64,000 nucleotides of DNA, taken from assembly GCA_965216635.1 (NCBI GenBank), contig OZ244188.1, positions 224,001 to 288,000 of the forward strand, read 5' to 3'. Every line of letters begins with the position of its first letter. Within the stretch, counting starts at the first letter, position 1. The translations under genes and the position numbers were made by a program. Under the pieces are notes generated by a model. That model was not told the DNA's origin, did no database searches, and worked only from the letters and a program-made list of their open reading frames with translations. This DNA is from a bacterium (GTDB lineage Bacteria; SAR324; XYD2-FULL-50-16; G965216635). Shown piece by piece: positions 8,671 to 19,343 of this stretch.

Positions 8671-9966
8671 ATGAAAAAAAAATACAATATTTTTTTGGAT
8701 ACTTTAGGTTGTCGTCTCAATTTTTCAGAAACATTTGTGATTGCAGGCAGTTTTGAAGCATTAGGTCATCGGGTGGTGCAGACTGTTGAAAAAGCGGATC
8801 TTTGTGTTCTTAATAGCTGCACTGTAACAGCCCAAAGTGATGCAAAGTGCAGACAGAAAATTCGCCTTTTTCAAAAAAGAAATCCCCGAGCTTGGCTCGC
8901 TGTGATTGGTTGCTATTCACAAATGGACGCTAAAAAAATCCAAAAAATGGGAGTGGATATTATTTTGGGAAACCAAGAAAAAATGCAATTAGCAAATTAT
9001 TTTGGAATGTTTTTAAAAACCAAATCTCCCATTCTCAATGTGCGGAAAATTTCTAAAAAACCTTTTGTCTTACCAGAGACAAAACGGGTTTCGTTACAAA
9101 CTAGGGCTAGTTTAAAAATTCAAGATGGTTGTGATTTTTGCTGTGCTTTTTGTATTATTCCTTTTGCAAGGGGTAGAGCCAGACCGCGTTTGTTTGCCGA
9201 TATTATAAAAGAGGCTCGCAGTTTAGCAAAACAGGGTTATCAAGAATTGGTTTTAACGGGGGTAAATATTGGCACTTACCAAGAGCAGGGTTTTTGTTTT
9301 ATGGATATTTTAGAAGCATTGGAATCCATTGAGTCTCTGCGAAGGATTAGAATTAGTTCCATAGAACCTACTACTATAGGAACAGAAATTTTTTCTTTAA
9401 TGAAAGACGAGCAAAGCAAGTTAGTGCCTTTTTTGCACTTACCTTTGCAATCAGCTTCTAATAGAGTCTTAAAGGATATGCGAAGAAAATATTCCTTTGA
9501 AGACTACCAAAATTTTATTCAGCAGGCTTATAACGAAGTTCCAGATATTTGCTTGGGAACAGATATTATTGTGGGATTTCCTACAGAAAATGAGGCAGAA
9601 TTTGAAGAGAACTATCAAAACCTACAACAAGCGCCTTTGCACTTTTACCATGTTTTTCCTTTTTCTGCTCGCAAAAAAACAAGAGCCTATAATTTGGTAG
9701 AACATCAATCAGCAGAGATAATCCAAAAAAGAGCTAGTATCGTTCGGAATTTGAGCCAAGAAAAAAGAAAATCTTTTTATCAAACACAGTTAGGAAAAAT
9801 TAAAAAGGTTTTATTTGAGGTATGCAAAGAAGACAATGTTTGGTTTGGGTATACCGATAATTATGTTCGTGTAAAAACACAGGAAAGGAGCATACAAAAA
9901 AACTTTATTGCTTCTGTTAAAATTCAAGCTGTAGATAGTATGCTTGCTGAAGCTATTCTAGTATAG
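8671..9966 (+). CDS. mtaB: tRNA t6A methylthiotransferase
   Basis: TLGCRLN, NSCTVT, radical-SAM QDGCDFCCAFC, GYTDNY. Confidence 0.9.
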   Translation: MKKKYNIFLDTLGCRLNFSETFVIAGSFEALGHRVVQTVEKADLCVLNSCTVTAQSDAKCRQKIRLFQKRNPRAWLAVIGCYSQMDAKKIQKMGVDIILGNQEKMQLANYFGMFLKTKSPILNVRKISKKPFVLPETKRVSLQTRASLKIQDGCDFCCAFCIIPFARGRARPRLFADIIKEARSLAKQGYQELVLTGVNIGTYQEQGFCFMDILEALESIESLRRIRISSIEPTTIGTEIFSLMKDEQSKLVPFLHLPLQSASNRVLKDMRRKYSFEDYQNFIQQAYNEVPDICLGTDIIVGFPTENEAEFEENYQNLQQAPLHFYHVFPFSARKKTRAYNLVEHQSAEIIQKRASIVRNLSQEKRKSFYQTQLGKIKKVLFEVCKEDNVWFGYTDNYVRVKTQERSIQKNFIASVKIQAVDSMLAEAILV

Positions 9967-10117
9967 ACTTTTGCATTTGCATTCTGTTTAGCCTATGCAG
10001 CGTTGAAAATTTTTTTTAACTCTTGAAATACTTCAGTATTCCAGCGAGCTAAAAAAAATTTTCGCACCTGTTCTAACCATTTGGCTAGCCGTCACATAAC
10101 GCAAATTCAAAGGTCTA
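9964..10117. mobile_element. MITE copy, followed by a second partial copy from 10121
   Basis: TAGACTTTTGCATTTGC ... GCAAATTCAAAGGTCTA; its first TAG is the mtaB stop codon. Confidence 0.85.
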
Positions 10118-10173
10118 TAATAGACTGTCGTATTTGCATTCTGTTTAGCCAATGCAGTGTTAAAAAAAATTTA

Positions 10174-11271
10174 ATGTCCGTAAAATACAGTTCCCAAAAA
10201 AATTTCAATCATTTAGAGCTACAAAAAATAGGGATTTTACTGGTTAATTTAGGCACTCCTGATGCACCAACAACAAAATCTCTTAAGAAATACTTAAAGC
10301 AATTTTTGAGCGATCCGAGGGTGATAGAGCTACCTAAATACATTTGGTTTTTTATTTTAAATTTTATTGTTTTGCCTTTTCGTGCTCCAAAATCATCCAA
10401 AAAATACCGTACTATTTGGGGGAAAAAAGGCTCTCCGCTATTAGTTCAATCTCAAAACCTTACTTTCAAACTACAAAAAAAACTTCCTTCTTCTATGATT
10501 TGTGCGTTGGCGATGAGTTACGGCAAACCATCTATCTGCGATGCCCTAGAAAATTTGAGAGAGCAAAATTGTAAAAAATTGCTTGTTTTACCTATGTATC
10601 CGCAATATTCTGCAACGACTGTAGCTTCTGTTTTTGACGAAGTTTGCACACAACTGAAAAAATGGCGATGGATTCCAGAATTAAGATTTGTCAATCAGTA
10701 CCACGACGAAGAAGCCTATATTAGGGCACTTGCTGCAAGTCTTCTTCCCTTTAAAAAAATAGCAAAAAACCAAAAAATTGTTTTTTCTTATCACGGAACG
10801 CCTTTACAATCATTATTAGATGGCGATCCCTACCACTGTCAATGCCATAAAACTTCTCGTTTAATAGCGGAAAAATTAAAACTAAAAAAAGAAAATTATC
10901 TAACCTGTTTTCAATCTAGGTTTGGCTCAAGTGCTTGGTTGCAACCCTATACCGACGAAACCTTGAAAAGCCTACCTCAAAAAAAAATCAACGAAGTTTT
11001 TATAATATGCCCCGGTTTTTCCATAGATTGTTTGGAGACTTTGGAGGAAATCAATTCAGAAAATAGAGAAATATTCTTAAAAAATGGCGGGAAAAAATTC
11101 ACTTATATTTCTTGTTTGAACGATTCAAAACACCAGCTAAAACTTTTTCAAACTTTAGTAGACATACATACTCAAAACTGGGCGAAACAAGAGAAAAAAA
11201 CAAGAGAAAAACAAAACCATCTTTATCAACAATTATTTGAAAAACACAGCTTTTTCTCCACAAACCGATAG
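10174..11271 (+). CDS. hemH: Ferrochelatase
   Basis: LLVNLGTP, FLSDPRV, PMYPQYS, FQSRFG, DCLETLEEI; start moved to ATG 10174 because the upstream extension is MITE sequence. Confidence 0.95.
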   Translation: MSVKYSSQKNFNHLELQKIGILLVNLGTPDAPTTKSLKKYLKQFLSDPRVIELPKYIWFFILNFIVLPFRAPKSSKKYRTIWGKKGSPLLVQSQNLTFKLQKKLPSSMICALAMSYGKPSICDALENLREQNCKKLLVLPMYPQYSATTVASVFDEVCTQLKKWRWIPELRFVNQYHDEEAYIRALAASLLPFKKIAKNQKIVFSYHGTPLQSLLDGDPYHCQCHKTSRLIAEKLKLKKENYLTCFQSRFGSSAWLQPYTDETLKSLPQKKINEVFIICPGFSIDCLETLEEINSENREIFLKNGGKKFTYISCLNDSKHQLKLFQTLVDIHTQNWAKQEKKTREKQNHLYQQLFEKHSFFSTNR

Positions 11272-11284
11272 CCCAACTGGATAA

Positions 11285-11321
11285 TGAGACCTTTGAATTA
11301 GAATGCTAATTCAAAAGTCTA
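11285..11321. mobile_element. Minimal MITE consisting of the two TIRs only
   Basis: GAGACCTTTGAATTAG-AATG-CTAATTCAAAAGTCTA hairpin. Confidence 0.7.
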
Positions 11322-11435
11322 TATAAAAAAGGAGCAGAAAAAATAAAAAAAACTGCCAATAGCCACTAAGTACTATTGACAAGAAGGTGTTTTTCTGTAA
11401 TTATTCTTTATAAAGGATAAGCAGAAAAAATAAAA

Positions 11436-11574
11436 AACTTTTGAATTAGCGTTCTGTTTAGCCTATGCAGCGTTAAAAAAAAATTTTAACTCTTGAAATA
11501 TTACATATATTCCTGCGAGCTAAAATTTTTTTTTGCCTTGCCTAGCCGTCACATAACGCAAATTCAAAGGTCTA
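11436..11574. mobile_element. MITE copy
   Basis: Near-identical to 24144-24283. Confidence 0.85.
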
Positions 11575-11663
11575 TAAAAAACTGCCAACAACCAATAGTT
11601 TGCTATTATTGTTTTTTTCTGCTAATTTTTATTTTAATACTAACATTTTCATTACAAATAATT

Positions 11664-13061
11664 ATGAAAAACATAAATTCCCAAGTTTTAAGGAAAACTT
11701 CAGCTGTTCGTTTTACTCTGGTTCGTTTCGTTTTGGCAGCTATTCTTATTCCCGCTATTCTTATAGGAAGTGCCTTTACTTTTGGAGGCAGTAATCTGCA
11801 AGCCCAAGCGAATGGTGGCAGCAAGCAGGGATTTTTCGCTGGTTTTGTCTATTTGAGTGGTTTTAAAGTGGATAGCACAAAAAAGGTCACCACAAATATC
11901 ACAACCACTGCAAACGCTATAACAGGCTATAGAATCACTGGCTCTTCAGACGCAACTTCTATAGTCGCCAACGTAGATGCCGTTTTTAATACTCAGATTA
12001 ATGGTATTATTCATTATAACGGAGTAAAAGCTCTTTTGAAAGAGAGTTGTGAAACAGGAGTCACATCGGTTACAGCGTATGGTAGAACTTATAGTTATGG
12101 CAGCATTGATCTGGATTCTTTTGATGCAGGCACAAGTAAAGGTGAAGGAACTAGTGTGACCACCACAAGTGATGGATCTGGCACGATAGTGCACAGTAAT
12201 CAGAATCTATTTCCTACGGGAACAAGAAATGATGGAGATGACACTAATTATTGTTTCACTTACTTTTTCGGTGATCTTTCCTCCGATAGAACCTCTATTA
12301 CTCTTTCTGCTTATAAGGGGGTATCTGACGATTCAGAACCAACTACAACTGCTGTAATTGTGGATCCAACAGCAATCACTAGTAGTAGCAAGAGCGATAA
12401 AATCTCAGGTATTGGTCTGCAATTCGGCTTTAGGTGGGAAAAATGGAGAGCCTCCTTGACTCACTTTACTGGCAAGGGGGGAGATAACGAGCTCGCCAAT
12501 ACGCTAGTTATGGCGGATTATTTTGTAAACGAGGGTCTTTTTGTAGGAGGCGGTCTAGCGAGTATGAAGCTTACCAATGGCTCCGCCAGCGGCTCCGCCA
12601 CAAGTCCAGCGCTTAGAGTCGGCTATAAGCAGAAATTAACCCCCAACCTATCGCTTAATTTTGGCTTGACTAAGTATATCTCGGGAGTTTCTCTAAAAAA
12701 CAGTGTTACTACTAATAATACTACTACTGCTAATGCTAATGCTAATACTACTCCCATTGTGTTACGCTCTTTTGAAGAAACACAGACTCCTGACCGCGGC
12801 GATTCAGCAGTGGTTGGTGTTTCCAACATACGATTTGGTACCAGTCAAACTATTACCGCAAGATATTTTGTTGTACCTAGTACTCAAATGTTTGATAGTG
12901 ATCGTAGAACACCAGTGACTCAAGTCCGCAGCAGAACTGTATATATAAACGAAATCCAGACTCCAGCAGGATCAGAAACTCAGACAACCACAACTACAGA
13001 AACCGATGCCGAACTCAAAGCACCACTCGTCATCAGCATCTCCTTCCACTTGAGTTTTTAA
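11664..13061 (+). CDS. Outer-membrane beta-barrel protein with two long Thr-rich loop insertions; paralog of the 48485 protein
   Basis: Signal peptide ending NLQA-Q; barrel strands GLQFGFRW, VMADYF, ALRVGYK; C-terminal FHLSF. Confidence 0.7.
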   Translation: MKNINSQVLRKTSAVRFTLVRFVLAAILIPAILIGSAFTFGGSNLQAQANGGSKQGFFAGFVYLSGFKVDSTKKVTTNITTTANAITGYRITGSSDATSIVANVDAVFNTQINGIIHYNGVKALLKESCETGVTSVTAYGRTYSYGSIDLDSFDAGTSKGEGTSVTTTSDGSGTIVHSNQNLFPTGTRNDGDDTNYCFTYFFGDLSSDRTSITLSAYKGVSDDSEPTTTAVIVDPTAITSSSKSDKISGIGLQFGFRWEKWRASLTHFTGKGGDNELANTLVMADYFVNEGLFVGGGLASMKLTNGSASGSATSPALRVGYKQKLTPNLSLNFGLTKYISGVSLKNSVTTNNTTTANANANTTPIVLRSFEETQTPDRGDSAVVGVSNIRFGTSQTITARYFVVPSTQMFDSDRRTPVTQVRSRTVYINEIQTPAGSETQTTTTTETDAELKAPLVISISFHLSF

Positions 13062-13148
13062 TGGGAGCAGGGTACTATAAAATTTGCGTTATGTGCTCTA
13101 GGCAAAAAGTCTGTTTTATAAGAGCTACTTTTATTAACTTTTATTAAT

Positions 13149-13781
13149 ATGTATCAAAAAAAAGTTTATTTTTTAATTCTTTTGGTTGGGTTTTTCAGCA
13201 CTTCTTTAGTTTTTAGCTGGGATAAGGAGTTTTTTGAAAATATTGAGCAACCTATTGCATTTCCTCATAAACTGCATACCGTCAACAATGGTATAAGCTG
13301 TGAGTATTGCCATTCTTCGGCTCGTAATTCTATAAATGCGGGAATTCCTCCCGTGAGAACCTGTATCGGCTGTCATGCTTTAGTAAAAGGTCGTAGCGAA
13401 GAACAGAAAAAAGAAATCCAAAAAATCACGGATTATTGGCAGAAAAAAGAGCCTATTCCTTGGAAAAAAATACACGATTTACCAGATTTTGTTTATTTTT
13501 CGCATAAAAGACATATCAAAGCAGGTTTTGATTGCACGAATTGCCACGGAGATGTATCGGAAACCAAGACTCCTGTTCCCAAACCTCTTTATGGGAAGAC
13601 TCCTTTGAGTATGGGTTGGTGTATTAGCTGTCATCTTGACGATCATCCAGTGGATAAAAATGGCAAAATAATCACTCTTCCTCGTTTGACGCGTGGGGGA
13701 ATAAGGCAGTATGATAAGCCGACTCCAAAAGCGGTTGGTGTAAAAAATGGGAGTTTGGATTGTTTAGTTTGCCACAAATGA
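13149..13781 (+). CDS. actA: Alternative complex III pentaheme cytochrome c
   Basis: Five CxxCH motifs, QPIAFPHKLH, LPDFVYFSH; upstream of actB. Confidence 0.85.
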   Translation: MYQKKVYFLILLVGFFSTSLVFSWDKEFFENIEQPIAFPHKLHTVNNGISCEYCHSSARNSINAGIPPVRTCIGCHALVKGRSEEQKKEIQKITDYWQKKEPIPWKKIHDLPDFVYFSHKRHIKAGFDCTNCHGDVSETKTPVPKPLYGKTPLSMGWCISCHLDDHPVDKNGKIITLPRLTRGGIRQYDKPTPKAVGVKNGSLDCLVCHK

Positions 13782-13841
13782 GAATCTTTGAATTAGATAT
13801 TAAACTTTGCATAACGCTAAAGATTTTAATAAAATAGAAAA

Positions 13842-15218
13842 ATGAAATATTTAAGTTTTTCATTAGAAAATTATAAAGGGATTAAAAAATTTTCAATTAA
13901 TGTGGATCCAAACCAACCTATCTCGCTGGTAGGATTGAACGAGAGCGGTAAAACTACTATTTTAGAAGGTATAGACCATATAGGAAAACATTGTAAGCAA
14001 TTATCAACAAATAAGTTTCGGCAATTACTGAATAATGGAGAATTGGCAAAAGTAAGACCAAAAAAATTACCAGGTGTTTTTTTTAGTGATGAGATTAAAT
14101 TTGCGTGTAAAGTTGTATGTGAAGAAAAAGTTTGCGAAATATCTTTTATCTATACTTTAGAAAAAGATAAAACCGCAGGCTACAAAGTGTTTTTTGATAA
14201 AGAGGAATTGAATTTTAAAGATGCTGATGTATTGGAAAAAATAAATAAATTTAGCGAAGAAATGCCAGAAATTATTTATTATTCTGATTTTACTCTTGAA
14301 GTTCCTCAAGAAATATTTTTTCATACAAATACTTATAAAAAAAAACAAACTCCAGGTATGTTGGCAAGTTTAGAAAGAGAAAATAAGAAATCCAATAACC
14401 CAGAATGGCAAAAAATTTTACAGGATATAACGGATTCTCTATATTCTGAGGACGAAAAAGTGCTTTTTCAAGATGATATTGTAGATTATTTGGACGGTGA
14501 CAATACTGGGGATGAAAATAGTTTTAGGGATAAGTTAACAGGTTTTAGCAGACATATAAACCAAAAAATCACCAAAAAATGGTTGCAAAGCCTACCAAAA
14601 AAATCTTCTTTAAAAGAAATTGAATTTGTTTGTAATACAATGGAAAAAAATGCAAACACAAGAGAGTTTGCTTTTAAAGTTATCTCTAATGATGACGCTA
14701 CATTTGATTTATCGGACAGATCTAAAGGCTGTAGGTGGTTTTTTGCTTTTATGTTATTTACAGAGTTTAGAAAATATAGAAAACAAAATACAATTTTTTT
14801 ATTAGATGAGCCTGCTTCTAATTTACACTCTTATGTTCAAGAAAAAGTTATCCACGCTATTAATGAATTATGCGACGAAAAGACAGGCTCTATTGTTTTA
14901 TATTCTACCCACTCTCCTTATTTACTAGATATAGAAAACGTAGAAACTATGTATCTTGTAGAAAATATCAATGCCTCTTCTGAGGTTAGGGAAGCAAGAA
15001 TAGAAGTCAATTTATACACAGAAAACACTCGGGCAAGCAAGAAAGGAGAAGCGAAACCTATCTCTGATTATTTTCAGTTAAACTTGCAAAAAGTAATGAA
15101 ATATTTTGAAAAAAAAAATACTCCTAAAAAAATCGGAGCTATTGGTAAAAAATTTTTAGAAAATACAAGAAATATTAAAAATATAGCAGATGTGATTGAG
15201 TTTTCTAAGAATTTGTAA
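13842..15218 (+). CDS. ABC/SMC-type AAA ATPase (OLD-like ATPase module, no TOPRIM recognised)
   Basis: Walker A GLNESGKTT, signature RSKG, Walker B LLDEP, H-loop STHSP. Confidence 0.8.
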   Translation: MKYLSFSLENYKGIKKFSINVDPNQPISLVGLNESGKTTILEGIDHIGKHCKQLSTNKFRQLLNNGELAKVRPKKLPGVFFSDEIKFACKVVCEEKVCEISFIYTLEKDKTAGYKVFFDKEELNFKDADVLEKINKFSEEMPEIIYYSDFTLEVPQEIFFHTNTYKKKQTPGMLASLERENKKSNNPEWQKILQDITDSLYSEDEKVLFQDDIVDYLDGDNTGDENSFRDKLTGFSRHINQKITKKWLQSLPKKSSLKEIEFVCNTMEKNANTREFAFKVISNDDATFDLSDRSKGCRWFFAFMLFTEFRKYRKQNTIFLLDEPASNLHSYVQEKVIHAINELCDEKTGSIVLYSTHSPYLLDIENVETMYLVENINASSEVREARIEVNLYTENTRASKKGEAKPISDYFQLNLQKVMKYFEKKNTPKKIGAIGKKFLENTRNIKNIADVIEFSKNL

Positions 15219-15249
15219 TTTTTTGTTTATGATTTAAATATTAAAAAAA

Positions 15250-18200
15250 ATGTCCCATAATAATATTAAAAACAACAAAATAAAAAGAAGAGATTTTTTC
15301 AAAATAGCTGCGACCAGTGGCGCTGCTGTAGCTGTAGCCAGCTGTAATAATGACCCTGTAGAAAAAATACTCCCTTCTTTATTGCCTCCAGACAATTACC
15401 AAACTGGTGTAGCTTTACATTTTGCTTCTGTATGCCAAGAATGTCCTTCTCAGTGCGGCATAGTAGTCAAAACTCGCGAAGGTAGGGCTATTAAAATTGA
15501 AGGCAACCCTAATCACCCTCTCAATCAAGGCAAACTTTGTGCTATAGGACAATCTGCTTTGCAAGGTTTATACAGTCCTAATCGCATTAAAAAAGCGACC
15601 CAAAAAGGCAAACAGCTAGATTTAGCAACAGCCAAAAACGAATTTTATGGCAAAATAAAACGTCTAGTCGCAGAAAACAGAGGCAAAGAAATTCTGTTTA
15701 TTAGCCCCGCTGGAGATAGCAGTCTGCAAAGAATGACTACTAAAATTATTTCCCGTCTTGGAGCCTCCCAAATTCAGTTGGACTTGAGTTCTGCTAATTC
15801 CATCAAAAACGCAAACAAAATTTTGTACGGGAAAAACGAAGTTCCAGATTACCAATTTTCAAAAGCAAACTTTTTACTCAATTTTGGAGCAGATTTTTTG
15901 GAAGGCTGGCTTAATGTGATGAAAAATTCTAGAGAATTTGCCGAATTTCATTCTTACAAAAGAAAAAACAAAAACGAGTATGTGCATATTTCACCTCATC
16001 TTTCTACGACTGGTGTACAAGCAGACGATTGGATAAACTGCCCTTCCAAAGCAGAAGAAGCGATTGCACTCGCTTTGGTAGCCCGTCTGGCAGCTAGCAA
16101 TTCTTCTCTTTCTGCAGCGGAAAAAAGGATTATCCGTAGCTATACTAAAAACCACAACATTGCCGCTGTGGCGAAAAAATACCAGCTAGATGCAAAAAAA
16201 TTAGAGCAGATTGCCAAAAAACTAGCTACTAAAAGTAGCCTGATTATTGGAGGCGGTAATGCTACTTCCAACGGAGAGCAAACAAAACTGCAAATAGCGA
16301 TTGCTCTTTTGAACTATCTTACTGGAAATACAAATCTAAACTTTGGAGCAGATTATAAATTTGGAGGCAGTAGCTTTGCAGAAATCAAGAAGGCTGTTCA
16401 AAAAATAAAAAATAAAAAATATAGCCTAGTCGTAATTTTAGAGTTAAACCCTGCTTATATTTTTTCTATTTTCTCCGAATGGTCGGATAAAAAAGAAATT
16501 CAAGGAAAAGTTCCCATAGTGAGTTTGTCTCTGTCTCATAGCGAGACCACCGAGCAAGCGGATTTAGTAATTCCCATCACTTCCAGTTTTGAAAATTGGG
16601 GAGATAGTTTTGCTGCCAATGGAATTTACGCTTTGCAGCAACCAGTAATGGCAAAGTTGCCGGGTTTTGAAGCAGAGCCTTTGGGAGATATTTTGCTTGG
16701 TTTGACAAAAGAATTAGGCTGGAGCGGAGATAATTTTGAAGCTGCTGATTTTAAAAATTATTTAAGAAGTCAATGGAGAGGGCTACAAACCCAACTGAAA
16801 TATGTAGGCACTTTTGAAATGTTTTGGATAGCTGCTTTGAAAAAAGGAGGGATTTTTCAAAATTATACTCCACAAAGAGCGAGTTTAAAAACCAATGCTT
16901 TGGCACAGCTTAACGCTAGCGAAACAAAAACAGCTAAAGGCATTTCTTTAATGGTCCTAAATTCTAATTTGCATTCTAACGACGGCAGAACGGGGGATAG
17001 ATACTGGCTTTTAGAAATTCCCCATCCTTTAACGCAGGTCGTTTGGGATTCTTGGCTAGAAATTAACCCCGATAAAGCACAAGAATTAGGTATTCAACAT
17101 TTAGACGAAGTGGAAGTTACTACTTCTGCGGGCAGTGTCAAATTAGCTGCCTATATTTATGATTTTATAGATAAAAATACAGTTGCCATTCCAGCGGGCA
17201 TGGGTAGAAGTTTGAAATTTCCTAACTATTCTTCCAGAAGAAACAGTATTTTACCATTCAAAGGTGGGCATAAAAGGACAAACCTTGTAGAAAAAAAGGT
17301 AGGCTTGAATCCTTTTGAATTGATTCCTTTTGCGACTGATGATTCTGGAGAGCTGATTTTTTCTGCAGAAAATATTAGTCTTAAAAAGACTGGAAAAAAA
17401 TCTTTTTTGGTCAGCAGCGATGGGCAGTATAAAGACGATTCCAAAGCTCTTATTGCTGATACACCTACTGGTTACGGAGATAGAAGCCAAAAAGGAAGGC
17501 ATTTGATTAGGTCAGTTTCTTTGAAGGAATTGAATTCTGGCAAAATCCACAAAGAAGGACACCAACTCAAAGATAGATTTTATACTACCGATAGACAAAA
17601 CACCCACGATTTTTATAAGGAAAAAAGGGACGGTTTAGATAATCATATTTTTGGAATAAAGGGAAGTAAAACAGGAAAATACTACGACCCCTACAAGTTT
17701 GAAATGAGTATAGATTTAGATAAATGCACGGGTTGTTCTGCTTGTGTGGTTGCCTGCTACGCCGAAAATAATATTGCAGTGGTCGGTAAAGAAAGACAGG
17801 CTATCGGCAGGGAAATGTCTTGGCTTAGAATAGAAAGATACTTAGACAAAGATAAAAAAACCGGAAAAATCCAAGCGCTTTTATCGCCGCAGATGTGTCA
17901 ACAGTGCGGCAACGCAGGTTGCGAAGCAGTCTGCCCCGTTTATGCAACTTACCACAACCCTGATGGACTCAACGCACAGATTTACAACCGTTGCGTTGGC
18001 ACTAGATATTGTGCCAATAACTGCGTTTATAAACAAAGAAGATTTAACTGGAGAAGCTATAGTTTTCCATCTCCTTTGCATTACCAACTTAACCCCGATG
18101 TTACTGTTCGCGACAAAGGAGTAATGGAAAAATGCACCTTTTGTGTGCAAAGAATTGTAGCTGCAAAAGATAAGGCTAAGGACGATAACCGAATTGTTTT

Positions 18201-18384
18201 TGACGGAGAAATCAAAACAGCGTGTCAGCAAACCTGTCCGACAGAGGCAATTGTTTTTGGCAATGCGATGGATAAAAAATCTTTGCTTACAAAAACAAAA
18301 AAAGATATTCGCGGCTATCACCAACTAGAAGAATTGAATTTTCAACCTGGGGTTACCTATCTCAGTAAAATAAAAAGAGGGTAA
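15250..18384 (+). CDS. actB: Alternative complex III molybdopterin-oxidoreductase-like/Fe-S subunit
   Basis: Tat motif KRRDFFK and lipobox VASC; CQECPSQC; C-terminal Fe-S motifs CTGCSAC, CQQC, RCVGTRYC, EKCTFC. Confidence 0.9.
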   Translation: MSHNNIKNNKIKRRDFFKIAATSGAAVAVASCNNDPVEKILPSLLPPDNYQTGVALHFASVCQECPSQCGIVVKTREGRAIKIEGNPNHPLNQGKLCAIGQSALQGLYSPNRIKKATQKGKQLDLATAKNEFYGKIKRLVAENRGKEILFISPAGDSSLQRMTTKIISRLGASQIQLDLSSANSIKNANKILYGKNEVPDYQFSKANFLLNFGADFLEGWLNVMKNSREFAEFHSYKRKNKNEYVHISPHLSTTGVQADDWINCPSKAEEAIALALVARLAASNSSLSAAEKRIIRSYTKNHNIAAVAKKYQLDAKKLEQIAKKLATKSSLIIGGGNATSNGEQTKLQIAIALLNYLTGNTNLNFGADYKFGGSSFAEIKKAVQKIKNKKYSLVVILELNPAYIFSIFSEWSDKKEIQGKVPIVSLSLSHSETTEQADLVIPITSSFENWGDSFAANGIYALQQPVMAKLPGFEAEPLGDILLGLTKELGWSGDNFEAADFKNYLRSQWRGLQTQLKYVGTFEMFWIAALKKGGIFQNYTPQRASLKTNALAQLNASETKTAKGISLMVLNSNLHSNDGRTGDRYWLLEIPHPLTQVVWDSWLEINPDKAQELGIQHLDEVEVTTSAGSVKLAAYIYDFIDKNTVAIPAGMGRSLKFPNYSSRRNSILPFKGGHKRTNLVEKKVGLNPFELIPFATDDSGELIFSAENISLKKTGKKSFLVSSDGQYKDDSKALIADTPTGYGDRSQKGRHLIRSVSLKELNSGKIHKEGHQLKDRFYTTDRQNTHDFYKEKRDGLDNHIFGIKGSKTGKYYDPYKFEMSIDLDKCTGCSACVVACYAENNIAVVGKERQAIGREMSWLRIERYLDKDKKTGKIQALLSPQMCQQCGNAGCEAVCPVYATYHNPDGLNAQIYNRCVGTRYCANNCVYKQRRFNWRSYSFPSPLHYQLNPDVTVRDKGVMEKCTFCVQRIVAAKDKAKDDNRIVFDGEIKTACQQTCPTEAIVFGNAMDKKSLLTKTKKDIRGYHQLEELNFQPGVTYLSKIKRG

Positions 18385-18435
18385 ACATCAAATTTTGCCT
18401 ATGCTTTGTCTAACGCCTAATTTAAAAATAAAAAA

Positions 18436-19125
18436 ATGGTAGAAGTGAATCTAGAACACAAATCGGATGAGCAATTTGATAAAGAGTTGAGTGAAAAAAA
18501 AGTTACCCCTAACCTACAAAATATAGGTTATTTACCTTGGATTGGAAAGGATTATGCTGACTTGCCTGACAAAAATAAAATTTTTATTCTTGGCGAAAGT
18601 GTTTATAATGGTTGGAATCCTGATAAAAACGCTTCTAGAGATATAATAAATGGTCACGCAATAAAGACAAATCCTAGTCGTCTTTTTAGAAATATGAGTT
18701 GGGCTATTTGTGGAGAAAAAAAAAAGAAAGAGTTAAATCCAAAAGAGTTTTGGAGTAAAGTTTGTTTTAATAATTTGGTGCAAACTAAAATGAAAACTAA
18801 GAAGTATAGACCTTCTACAAGTGATTATGAAAATGGAACTGAATATATTGCAAAACAAATAGATATATTAAAACCTGCTTTAGTTATTTGTTTTAATAAT
18901 TCGGATGTAGCTAATTCTTTTAAAGAAATATTTGCTGACGCTAAATTAGAAGTTAAAGAAAAAGTAGGTAGAATAAAACCAAAAATACTAACAGCAAACA
19001 AGCTAAAAATATTATTTATTAAACACGCTAGTAGTTATTTTAGTTGGAGCAAATGGAATGAGTTTATAAATAAAAATGCAAAAGAAAATATTGATTGCTT
19101 TCAATCATTAGAAAATACAAACTAA
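18436..19125 (+). CDS. Hypothetical protein, probable uracil-DNA glycosylase superfamily fold
   Basis: PWIGKDY..IFILGES motif, ILKPALVICF, C-terminal IKHASS (HPS-like). Confidence 0.5.
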   Translation: MVEVNLEHKSDEQFDKELSEKKVTPNLQNIGYLPWIGKDYADLPDKNKIFILGESVYNGWNPDKNASRDIINGHAIKTNPSRLFRNMSWAICGEKKKKELNPKEFWSKVCFNNLVQTKMKTKKYRPSTSDYENGTEYIAKQIDILKPALVICFNNSDVANSFKEIFADAKLEVKEKVGRIKPKILTANKLKILFIKHASSYFSWSKWNEFINKNAKENIDCFQSLENTN

Positions 19126-19136
19126 GTTTTAAAATT

Positions 19137-19268
19137 AAAAAATGCTAACCTACGAAAAAATTGATAATGATTTTTTATAATTTATGCTAGAATGTATTTT
19201 TAATAAACTAAAAAACCAAAATGAATAAAACTATAATCACTTTTTGCGATAAAGGAGGCGGACTGCCT
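19137..19268 (+). repeat. Cassette-boundary repeat 1: diverged actC 5' end plus promoter-like block
   Basis: ATGCTAACCTACGAAAAAATTGATAATGAT (MLTYEKIDND), then about 95 bp shared with 20254-20381. Confidence 0.85.
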
Positions 19269-19343
19269 TAAAACTAAATTTTGTGCTTTTAAAATTAAAG
19301 TTATAGACTGTGCTATACTGCAAAATAAAAGATAAATATTATT

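Noticed and set aside
10081..10173. N-terminal extension of hemH (ASRHITQIQRSI), also seen in ORF 11493
   Set aside because: The shared peptide is translated MITE sequence; better ATG starts lie at 10174 and 11664.
19221..19270. MNKTIITFCDKGGG / KRGGLQKT as a ParA Walker A remnant in the boundary repeats
   Set aside because: Too short and degenerate to support a family assignment.
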